A DNA stretch of 64,000 nucleotides from contig DASVLC010000050.1 of the NCBI GenBank assembly GCA_036385045.1, forward strand, positions 1,916 to 65,915, in the 5' to 3' direction. Source of the stretch: Thermoanaerobaculia bacterium. GTDB taxonomy: Bacteria; Acidobacteriota; Thermoanaerobaculia; Gp7-AA8. Positions 57,315 to 64,000 of the stretch are shown in pieces (position 1 is the first letter of the stretch; each line of letters starts with the position of its first letter). The notes beneath the pieces are model-generated. The model worked only from the letters and a program-made list of their open reading frames with translations. It was not told the origin of the DNA and did not search any database. The translations under genes were made by a program, and so were the position numbers.

Positions 57315-58826
57315 ATGACGACCACTACGGAAACAGCCGAAACCAGACACGACGCGGTGCAGAAGGCTGCGACGGAACCGCTTATCTTTGATCGCTCGAA
57401 GCCGGGACGTCGCGGCTATCAGCTGCCGGCCCTGGATGTTCCCGAGCAGTCGCTCGACGAAATCCTGCCTTCTGCGTTGCGGCGCAGCGAGATCGCCGAC
57501 GAAGTCGAGGTCTCCGAGGTCGATGTGATCCGTCATTTCACACGCCTCTCGAAACTGAACCTTTCGATCGATGCCGGGCTCTACCCGCTCGGCTCGTGCA
57601 CGATGAAGCACAACCCACGCATCAACGAAGAGATCGCCCGCGTTCCGGGGTTTGCCCATTCGCATCCGATGCAGCCCGAGCATCAGGTTCAGGGCAACCT
57701 CGAGCTTCTCTGGACGCTCGAACAGACGCTGAAAGAAATCTTCGGAATGCCGCGGGTGACCCTGCAGCCGGTCGCCGGCGCGCACGGCGAGCTTACCGGG
57801 ATCCTGATGATCCACAAGGCGCTCTCCAGCAGTGGCAATCCGCGCAAGTACATCCTGATCCCCGACTCCGCCCACGGGACCAACCCGGCATCGGCGGCCT
57901 TCGCCGGATACGAGGTGCGTGAGCTGAAGTCGAACAGCCGCGGCACCGTCGACCTCTCTGCGCTCGAGCAGGCCGTTACCGAGGACGTGGCTGCTCTCAT
58001 GGTCACGGTTCCGAACACGCTCGGGGTGTTCGAGTCGGAGATCCGCCGGATGGCGGACATTCTTCACGCGAAGGGCGCCTATCTCTACTGCGACGGCGCG
58101 AACCTCAACTCTTTCGTCGGCATCGCGAGACCGGGTGACATGGGGATCGATGTCATTCATTCGAACCTGCACAAGACGTTCTCGACACCGCACGGCGGAG
58201 GCGGTCCCGGAGCGGGGCCTGTCGGCGTCAGCGAGAAGCTGATGCCGTTCGTACCGACTCCGATCGTCGAGAAACGTGAAGACGGTACTTTCTATCTCGA
58301 CTTCAACCTTCCGCAGTCGATCGGACGGATGCGTGCGTTCCACGGCAACTTCAACGTTCTCGTGCGCGCGCTGACCTACATGCGCTCGATGGGCCCGACC
58401 GGCCTTCGCCGTGTCGCGCAGCTTGCCGTGTTGAACGCCAACTACATCCGTGCGCGGCTCAAGGGGCACTACCATCTTCCCTACACGGCCCCAACGCTGC
58501 ATGAAGTCGTTTTCTCCGACAAGCTTCAGACTCCCAAAGACGTTCACACGCTGGACATCGCAAAGAGACTCATGGACTACGGCTTCCATCCGCCCACGAT
58601 CTACTTCCCGCTGATCGTCTCGGGTGCTCTGATGATTGAGCCGACCGAGACCGAACCGAAGGAAGAGCTGGACGCTTTCTGCGAGGCGATGATCGCCATC
58701 GCTCGCGAAGCCGCCGAACGCCCCGAGCTGGTCCGGAGCGCGCCGCACACCACCCCCGTCCGGCGTCTCGACGAAGCACGCGCTGCCCGGCAGCCGGTGC
58801 TGTCGTGGCGTCCGCGGAGGGATTGA
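57315..58826 (+). CDS. gcvPB: glycine dehydrogenase (aminomethyl-transferring) subunit 2
   Basis: 503 aa from MTTTTE, with the PLP-lysine context NLHKTFSTPHGGGGPG. Confidence 0.9.
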   Translation: MTTTTETAETRHDAVQKAATEPLIFDRSKPGRRGYQLPALDVPEQSLDEILPSALRRSEIADEVEVSEVDVIRHFTRLSKLNLSIDAGLYPLGSCTMKHNPRINEEIARVPGFAHSHPMQPEHQVQGNLELLWTLEQTLKEIFGMPRVTLQPVAGAHGELTGILMIHKALSSSGNPRKYILIPDSAHGTNPASAAFAGYEVRELKSNSRGTVDLSALEQAVTEDVAALMVTVPNTLGVFESEIRRMADILHAKGAYLYCDGANLNSFVGIARPGDMGIDVIHSNLHKTFSTPHGGGGPGAGPVGVSEKLMPFVPTPIVEKREDGTFYLDFNLPQSIGRMRAFHGNFNVLVRALTYMRSMGPTGLRRVAQLAVLNANYIRARLKGHYHLPYTAPTLHEVVFSDKLQTPKDVHTLDIAKRLMDYGFHPPTIYFPLIVSGALMIEPTETEPKEELDAFCEAMIAIAREAAERPELVRSAPHTTPVRRLDEARAARQPVLSWRPRRD

Positions 58827-58857
58827 GTACGCGCCGGTTGCAGTAGACTCATTCCGA

Positions 58858-60717
58858 GTGAACGACGAGGACGATACCGACAAGTTCGAGCGAACGCTGT
58901 CAATGCGTCGGCACCCTGGTTCCGTGCCGCTGGAACCAGCCATCGATCAGCGTGTCGTCGATCGTCGTCAGTCGACGGCTCGTACGCTGTTCGGGACGAT
59001 CATCGTCATCGCAGTGCTGCATCTCGCGAAGCCGGTCGCTGTGCCGGTTGCGCTTGCAATTCTCTTCGCGTTTCTTCTCACACCGATCGTCATTCGCCTC
59101 GAGCGCACCTTCATTCGCCGCACCGGGGCGATCGTTCTCTCGCTCGGTCTGACGACTGCATTGCTGGCATTCGGCGGCTGGTGGATCTATGAGCAGGTGA
59201 ACGCCGTCGCGCGAGGACTGTCCGAGGCCGCGACCAGCGACAACATCGAGCGGAAGCTTCAGTTTCTACGCGGGACAAGTGGCGGCACATTCGACGTAGT
59301 CACGCAAACGTTGCAGCGGGTGGCCGAGGCGGGAGAGCGCTCGGAGCTCGCCGATCTCAAGGTGCGCGTGATCCCGGAGCGCAAGACTCTCGGTGAGCGT
59401 TATGCCGAGGCCGCGCCTACGGTCGAAGGAGTCGCGGCCGTATTTCTCGTGATCGTCGTGGTCTTCTTTCTTCTGCGAGATCGGGAGCCACTCCGCGACA
59501 AGCTTCTTCGCCTTGCGGGGCGGGCACATCTGACCGTTACGACGCAGGCGATCGGCGAGACCTCGCATCGGATCAGCCGCTACCTGCTGACGATCGCACT
59601 TCTAAACGTCGGATTCGGACTGCTCATAGGTTTGGGACTGTTTCTGCTCCAGGTTCCGCATGCGGGGCTCTGGGGCGTACTGGCCGGGCTGCTCCGCTTC
59701 GTGCCCTATATCGGTGCCGTCCTGAGCGCCGCGGCGCCGACATTCCTCGCGTTCGCCGTGTTTCCTGACTGGTACACGGCGCTCGCCGTGCTCGGGCTCT
59801 TCGTCTTCAGCGATCAACTCGTCGGTGGCTTCATCGAGCCGATCGTCGTCGGACATCGCGTAGGCGTCTCTCCGGTCGCACTGCTGCTCGCGGCCATCTT
59901 CTGGGGCTGGCTCTGGGGTCCCGTCGGGCTGCTGCTCGCGACGCCAATCACGGTCTGTCTAACCGTTGGCGGCGAGTTCATCCCTGCATTGCGCATCTTC
60001 TCGATCATGTTCGGAAGCGAAGATCCGCTCGAGGGATACCTCAGCTTCTACAATCGGCTGCTTCTGCGCGACCGGAGCGGTGCGATCGCGATCGCCGATC
60101 GATATGCCGAGACGGCGCCCATGGAGGAGACGTTCAACAACCTTTTCATCCCGACGCTTACGTTTGCGCAGGAAGAGCTCGACCGGCTGCGGATCACGCC
60201 GGCGCACGATCACTTCATCAAGGACGTCGTGCGCGAGCTGATCATCCGCTTCGGTGACCGCAACGCAGGCACGCCCGACCCGCTGCGTCACATCGTCGCC
60301 GTCTCGGTCGCCGGCGAGCGGCTCTCCCTCGGAACTCTGATGCTCACGCAGCTCCTTCGGAGCGAGGGTTTCACCGCCGACTACTTCACCGATCTCCCCG
60401 AGCAGGAGCTCGTCGCATTCATCAATGAAGTGAAGCCCGAGGCGGTGTTCGTCTCCTGCGCCAACCCCGATCATCTCGAGCAGGGCTACGTGCTGCTTCA
60501 ACTCCTGGCTGCCAACTTCCCGGAGCTCGCGATCGTTGCCGGTGGCTCGGCATTCTCTCGTGACCAGAGTCGCACTCTCCGCTCCGGCGCGACCTACGTG
60601 CCATCGACGCTTCGCGAAGCCAAAGAGGACTTCCTATCCCAGCAGCGCGGCGCACGACGCAAGAGCGGCAAGACGACCTTCTCCGGTACGAGGTTCAGAG
60701 TGCCGCCTCCCGCCTGA
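58858..60717 (+). CDS. AI-2E family transporter (UPF0118/PerM-like) fused to a C-terminal B12-binding-like (CarH/MerR-type) module
   Basis: The N-terminal ~390 aa are polytopic AI-2E-like. The C-terminal ~200 aa resemble a helical bundle plus Rossmann-like B12-binding domain (IVAVSVAGERLSLG..VFVSCANP..IVAGGSAF). The start is GTG 58858 or ATG 58903. Confidence 0.7.
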   Translation: MNDEDDTDKFERTLSMRRHPGSVPLEPAIDQRVVDRRQSTARTLFGTIIVIAVLHLAKPVAVPVALAILFAFLLTPIVIRLERTFIRRTGAIVLSLGLTTALLAFGGWWIYEQVNAVARGLSEAATSDNIERKLQFLRGTSGGTFDVVTQTLQRVAEAGERSELADLKVRVIPERKTLGERYAEAAPTVEGVAAVFLVIVVVFFLLRDREPLRDKLLRLAGRAHLTVTTQAIGETSHRISRYLLTIALLNVGFGLLIGLGLFLLQVPHAGLWGVLAGLLRFVPYIGAVLSAAAPTFLAFAVFPDWYTALAVLGLFVFSDQLVGGFIEPIVVGHRVGVSPVALLLAAIFWGWLWGPVGLLLATPITVCLTVGGEFIPALRIFSIMFGSEDPLEGYLSFYNRLLLRDRSGAIAIADRYAETAPMEETFNNLFIPTLTFAQEELDRLRITPAHDHFIKDVVRELIIRFGDRNAGTPDPLRHIVAVSVAGERLSLGTLMLTQLLRSEGFTADYFTDLPEQELVAFINEVKPEAVFVSCANPDHLEQGYVLLQLLAANFPELAIVAGGSAFSRDQSRTLRSGATYVPSTLREAKEDFLSQQRGARRKSGKTTFSGTRFRVPPPA

Positions 60718-60720
60718 GGC

Positions 60721-60839
60721 GGAATTGAGAATTGGGAATTGAGAATTGAGAACGAAAGTCGCCGGCAGCACTGGCGACTTTCGCGAGCGGGTGAGTGGGC
60801 GGGCAAATTCTCAATTCCCAATTCTCAATTCTCAATTCC
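60721..60839. repeat. composite palindromic element built from GAATTGR heptamers
   Basis: The 32-nt arms 60721-60752 and 60808-60839 pair at 30 of 32 positions. They enclose an 11-bp hairpin (60753-60783) and an R-like core (60785-60805). Confidence 0.8.
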
Positions 60840-60841
60840 GA

Positions 60842-61195
60842 TCACCCCGGCGGCCAGCCTAACGACCTGCCGCCCAGGAGATGGACGTGGATGTGAAACA
60901 CCGTCTGTCCCGCTCCTTCGCCGTTGTTGACGACGAGCCGGTAGCCGTCGGCCTCGAGACGCAGATCGCGAGCGATCTCGGTAGCGCGCAGGATCGTCGT
61001 TCCCATCGTGCCGGCGTCGGAGGCGGCCATCTCCTGCAGGGCGGCGATGTGTCGTCGCGGGATCACCAGCACGTGCGTGGGCGCCTGCGGATTGATGTCG
61101 TGGAAGGCGACGACGTCGCTGTCCTCATGGACTTTCTTCGCCGGGATCTCCCCGTTCGCGATGCGGCAGAACAGGCAGTTCGAGGGGTTAGCCAT
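60842..61195 (-). CDS. HIT family (histidine triad) protein
   Basis: 117 aa with the HIHVHLLGG triad. Confidence 0.85.
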   Translation of the reverse strand: MANPSNCLFCRIANGEIPAKKVHEDSDVVAFHDINPQAPTHVLVIPRRHIAALQEMAASDAGTMGTTILRATEIARDLRLEADGYRLVVNNGEGAGQTVFHIHVHLLGGRSLGWPPG

Positions 61196-62012
61196 GAGCC
61201 GATAATACGACGACCCGCGGAATGGCGGCGAGGTCCGGAATGAATGCCTCGACGTGGAATCCCCTCATCGCGGCGAGTTTGCGGATCGCTTCTTCCTGTC
61301 CGTAGCCGACCTCGATGATCATGCAGCCGGCAGGAGCGAGCAGCGTGAGAGCCTGCTCGAGCATCCGGTCGATCAGCTCCGTCCCCCGTGGTCCTGGTGT
61401 CAACGCCATTCTCGGCTCGTGAATCCGCACTTCGACGGCGAGGGTCTCGTACTCGTCGAGCGGCACGTAGGGAGGGTTCGAGACGATGACGTCCACGCGT
61501 TCTCTGAGGCAGGACAGCAGGTCTGCGGCTGCAAAACGAACCCGCGCGTTCAGACGGCGCCGGTTCACCGTGGCAACCGCGAGTGCGTCGAGCGATCGAT
61601 CGAGTGCCACGACGCGAAGATCCGGCCGCTCTCTTTCGATCGATATTGCGATACAGCCGCTGCCGGTACCGACGTCGACGACCAATCCGCCGTTCGGCGC
61701 GCGCTCGAGCGCCGCCTCGACGACCAGTTCTGTTTCGGGACGCGGGATCAGCACGCGGTCGTCTACGACAAACTCGCGCGAGTAGAACTCAGTAGCACCG
61801 CGGATGTACTGAATCGGTTCGCCCTCGTAGCGACGGCGGAGCAACGCATCGAGAGTCTCCGCATCGAGCAATTCGTCGCCGTGAGCGATGATCCAGCTCA
61901 CTGAACGCTGCGTGACATGGCTCAGCAGCAGGTCTACGTCACGAGGATTGTGTCCCCGCTCCAGCGCCTCTTCTCTCCGCCGGGCGCGCAGATCATCCAG
62001 CCGCATCTTCAC
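61188..62012 (-). CDS. prmC: peptide chain release factor N5-glutamine methyltransferase
   Basis: 274 aa, with the SAM motif VVDVGTGSGCIA and the NPPY motif IVSNPPYV. Confidence 0.85.
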   Translation of the reverse strand: MKMRLDDLRARRREEALERGHNPRDVDLLLSHVTQRSVSWIIAHGDELLDAETLDALLRRRYEGEPIQYIRGATEFYSREFVVDDRVLIPRPETELVVEAALERAPNGGLVVDVGTGSGCIAISIERERPDLRVVALDRSLDALAVATVNRRRLNARVRFAAADLLSCLRERVDVIVSNPPYVPLDEYETLAVEVRIHEPRMALTPGPRGTELIDRMLEQALTLLAPAGCMIIEVGYGQEEAIRKLAAMRGFHVEAFIPDLAAIPRVVVLSAHG

Positions 62013-62718
62013 GATCGTAGGTCAGTTCGAGGAACACATCTTCGAGTGCGCTGTCGCGCCGCAGTTCAGAGGTTTCACCACTCGCTACGATACGGCCGTG
62101 ATTGATGATCGCAATTCTGTCGCAGACCGCTTCGGCGACCGACAGCGTATGCGTCGTCAACAGCACGGTCTTCCCCTCTCCGGCAAGTCTGCGGAACAAC
62201 AGCTTTACCTGTCGCTGCGCGAGGGCATCCAGTCCGACCATCGGCTCGTCGATCACCAGCACCTCCGGGTTGTGCACCAGTGCCGAGACGATGACGAGCT
62301 TCTGTTTCATTCCATGGGAAAGGTTCTCGATCCGGGCATCGATCCAGTCGCCGAGCTCGAAGTAGCGGAGCAGTTCGACCGCCCGCGGCTCACATTCACG
62401 CCAGTCCTTGCGGTAGAGGTCGGCGACGAAGTGGAGCAGCTCGCGGCCGCTGAGCTTCTCGTATAGATAGGGACGATCGGGGACGTATCCGAGGATCGAC
62501 TTCGCGCGCACCGGCTCGTCAACGACGTCAACCCCATTGATGAGGACACGACCCGCGGTGGGAAGTGACAGGCCGGCGATGATCCGGATCGTAGTGGTCT
62601 TGCCGGCACCGTTCGGCCCGAGAAAGCCGAGGATCTCACCCGCATTGGCCCGCAGCGTCAGCCGGTCGACCGCGACGAAATCTCCGTACTTCTTGGTGAG
62701 ATCGTCGATTTCGATCAT
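61993..62718 (-). CDS. ABC transporter ATP-binding protein
   Basis: Walker A GPNGAGKTT, signature LSHGMKQK, Walker B VLVIDEPMVGLD. Confidence 0.85.
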   Translation of the reverse strand: MIEIDDLTKKYGDFVAVDRLTLRANAGEILGFLGPNGAGKTTTIRIIAGLSLPTAGRVLINGVDVVDEPVRAKSILGYVPDRPYLYEKLSGRELLHFVADLYRKDWRECEPRAVELLRYFELGDWIDARIENLSHGMKQKLVIVSALVHNPEVLVIDEPMVGLDALAQRQVKLLFRRLAGEGKTVLLTTHTLSVAEAVCDRIAIINHGRIVASGETSELRRDSALEDVFLELTYDREDAAG

Positions 62719-62837
62719 TGAGCGCAGGGTATCATCTGGGGCAGGGCGACCGTGCTACCGCCCGGAGCGGTGTGGCTCAGCCGCTCCCGGGCGTGGGGGG
62801 CTACCGGGTAGCCGGCAAGGCGACGGCCGGGGCATTT

Positions 62838-62864
62838 TGAACCTTCACCCATCTGAACCGTAAG
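62838..62864 (+). promoter_or_regulatory. candidate ECF-type promoter (TGAACC-N16-CGTAAG)
   Basis: AAC-N16-CGT spacing fits ECF consensus promoters. The -10 element ends 5 nt before the sigma factor ATG at 62870, and there is no Shine-Dalgarno sequence. Confidence 0.4.
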
Positions 62865-62869
62865 AACGA

Positions 62870-63460
62870 ATGGCAGAACGCGACCAGCTCGACGATCGAA
62901 CGCTCGTCGAACGAATCCTCGGTGGCGACCGTGACCTGTTCACCACACTGGTGACTCGTTACGAGAAGCGCGTGATCAACTACGTGTATCGGATCACGCA
63001 TCGTTACGAGGAGGCTCACGATCTCGCCCAGGACATTTTCGTGAAGGTATACCTGGCCCTCGACCGCTACGACCCGAAGTATCAGTTCTCGACCTGGCTC
63101 TTCAGGATCGCGCAGAACAGCGCCATCGACGCCCTGCGGAAGAAGTCGATCTCCGAGGTACCGATCGCGCGCACGGTCGACGATGAGGGCTCGAGCCGGG
63201 AGCGGGAGTTCGCCGACGAAGATGACATCTCCCCGTATCGCGCTTTCAGGAACAAGCAGCTGAGTGCCGCAATCGACGACGCGGTGACCGGCCTCCCGAC
63301 CGATTATCGAGAGCTGATCCAGCTACGGCATTTCGCCGAGCTCTCCTACGAGGAGATCGCCGCGATGAAGAAGCTGCCCCTCGGCACCGTCAAGAACAAA
63401 CTGTTTCGAGCGCGGAACTTGCTAAAAGAGGCGCTCGGCTCGTATATGGATCCATCATGA
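62870..63460 (+). CDS. RNA polymerase ECF sigma factor (sigma-70 family, group 4)
   Basis: 196 aa with region 2 (AQDIFVKVY, FSTWLFRIAQN) and region 4 (LSYEEIAAMKKLPLGTVKNKLFRAR). Confidence 0.85.
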   Translation: MAERDQLDDRTLVERILGGDRDLFTTLVTRYEKRVINYVYRITHRYEEAHDLAQDIFVKVYLALDRYDPKYQFSTWLFRIAQNSAIDALRKKSISEVPIARTVDDEGSSREREFADEDDISPYRAFRNKQLSAAIDDAVTGLPTDYRELIQLRHFAELSYEEIAAMKKLPLGTVKNKLFRARNLLKEALGSYMDPS

Positions 63461-63903
63461 ACTGTGACGACTACCTGCGGGATCCAGAGGCAAACGCGTC
63501 CCATCTCGCGGTCTGCCCGACCTGCCGCGCCATGACTGAAGAGCTCGGCGGGCAGGTCGCGATACGGCAGCGTCCGCTCAATCTCGATGCGCTCCCTCTC
63601 GCCGCCTGGGAAGGAGCCTCTCATCGCACCTGGCCGCTCGTGGCGGCAGGCGCAGCCTCAATCCTGATCCTCGCGGTCGTTCTCTTCATCGGCGCCGGCA
63701 TGCCTCCGCTCGAGGGACTGACCACTGCAGTCGCCTCGGGCTTCACCTCGGTCGAGGCGATGGCCAGGTTCTTCCAACTCCTCGGCAGCGGTCTTCACAG
63801 CGCTCCCGCGGGAGTTCACGTGACCGTTGCGGTCCTCTTCATCATCATCAACGCGATACTCCTGCTCCTGCTCAGGCGGGCCCCGAAAGGAATGGATGTA
63901 TAG
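63457..63903 (+). CDS. anti-sigma factor (zf-HC2-like) with one TM segment
   Basis: ATGA overlap with the sigma gene. It has an N-terminal C..H..C..C pattern (MNCDDYL..HLAVCPTCR) and TM helices. Confidence 0.6.
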   Translation: MNCDDYLRDPEANASHLAVCPTCRAMTEELGGQVAIRQRPLNLDALPLAAWEGASHRTWPLVAAGAASILILAVVLFIGAGMPPLEGLTTAVASGFTSVEAMARFFQLLGSGLHSAPAGVHVTVAVLFIIINAILLLLLRRAPKGMDV

Positions 63904-64000
63904 ACGTCTGCTCCTTCCGCTGATGACCGCCGCGGCCGCGATCGTGCTGGTTCTCGTCCTGATGCCGACCAACGCAACCGGGGCCGAGCGCGTGGGCCGC
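63896..64000 (+). CDS. hypothetical exported/membrane protein, 3' end beyond window
   Basis: The ATG overlaps the anti-sigma stop. It has a hydrophobic N-terminus MYRRLLLPLMTAAAAIVLVLVLM. Only 35 codons are visible. Confidence 0.35.
   Translation, partial: MYRRLLLPLMTAAAAIVLVLVLMPTNATGAERVGR

Noticed and set aside
55823-58943. 439-aa and 562-aa minus-strand ORFs
   Set aside because: They are antisense to gcvPA and gcvPB and have shadow-ORF composition.

Overview
This window is a high-GC (roughly two-thirds G+C by eye), densely coding bacterial chromosomal segment. Gene content and repeat style suggest an Acidobacteriota-like Gram-negative, but that is inference only. All calls were made by eye from motifs in the supplied ORF translations and the raw sequence; no searches were run.

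About 60 protein genes can be supported:
- alr (5' truncated), mlaEF and xseA.
- A heme operon: ccsA/hemX-like gene, hemA, hemC and a fused cobA-hemD.
- hflX.
- A lipid A/LPS core operon: waaA, a fused lpxK-lpxL and a GT9 heptosyltransferase.
- An eight-gene [NiFe]-hydrogenase maturation operon: hypF-hypC-hypD-hypE, then a PurN-like formyltransferase, a crotonase, a His-rich metal transporter and an alpha/beta hydrolase.
- A YtrA/GntR-headed operon with two ABC systems, one ATPase being fused to an acyltransferase_3 domain.
- A TPR Ser/Thr kinase, an acyl-CoA desaturase, maeB, mnmA, an alkA-like glycosylase, a penicillin-acylase-family protein and glmS.
- A GIY-YIG protein, and a XerC/D recombinase followed by a 627-aa unknown.
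- gcvT-gcvH-gcvPA-gcvPB.
- An AI-2E transporter with a CarH-like C-terminal module, HIT, prmC, and an ECF sigma/anti-sigma pair.

I saw no rRNA, tRNA, CRISPR array, transposase or phage genes.

Intergenic space is dominated by several families of structured GC-rich repeats, here called A, B, C, R and H, plus a GAATTGR heptamer palindrome. These families share sub-modules, including a G3-N1-G3-N1-G3-N1-G3 core.

Most interesting leads:
1. A two-gene, HypX-like formyltransferase + crotonase pair translationally coupled to hypE.
2. The acyltransferase_3::ABC-ATPase fusion, inside an operon bracketed by B-repeats.
3. A GIY-YIG gene nested in R-repeats.
4. An inverted pair of three-hairpin repeat units with compensatory stem changes upstream of gcvT.
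5. A 124-nt heptamer-built palindrome that fills a convergent intergenic gap.
6. A ~125-nt AT-rich rare-codon island inside lpxK.
7. A desaturase whose conserved N-terminus has no canonical start codon (GGAGG-N7-ATC).

Many long ORFs in the track are antisense shadow ORFs typical of high-GC DNA and were rejected.
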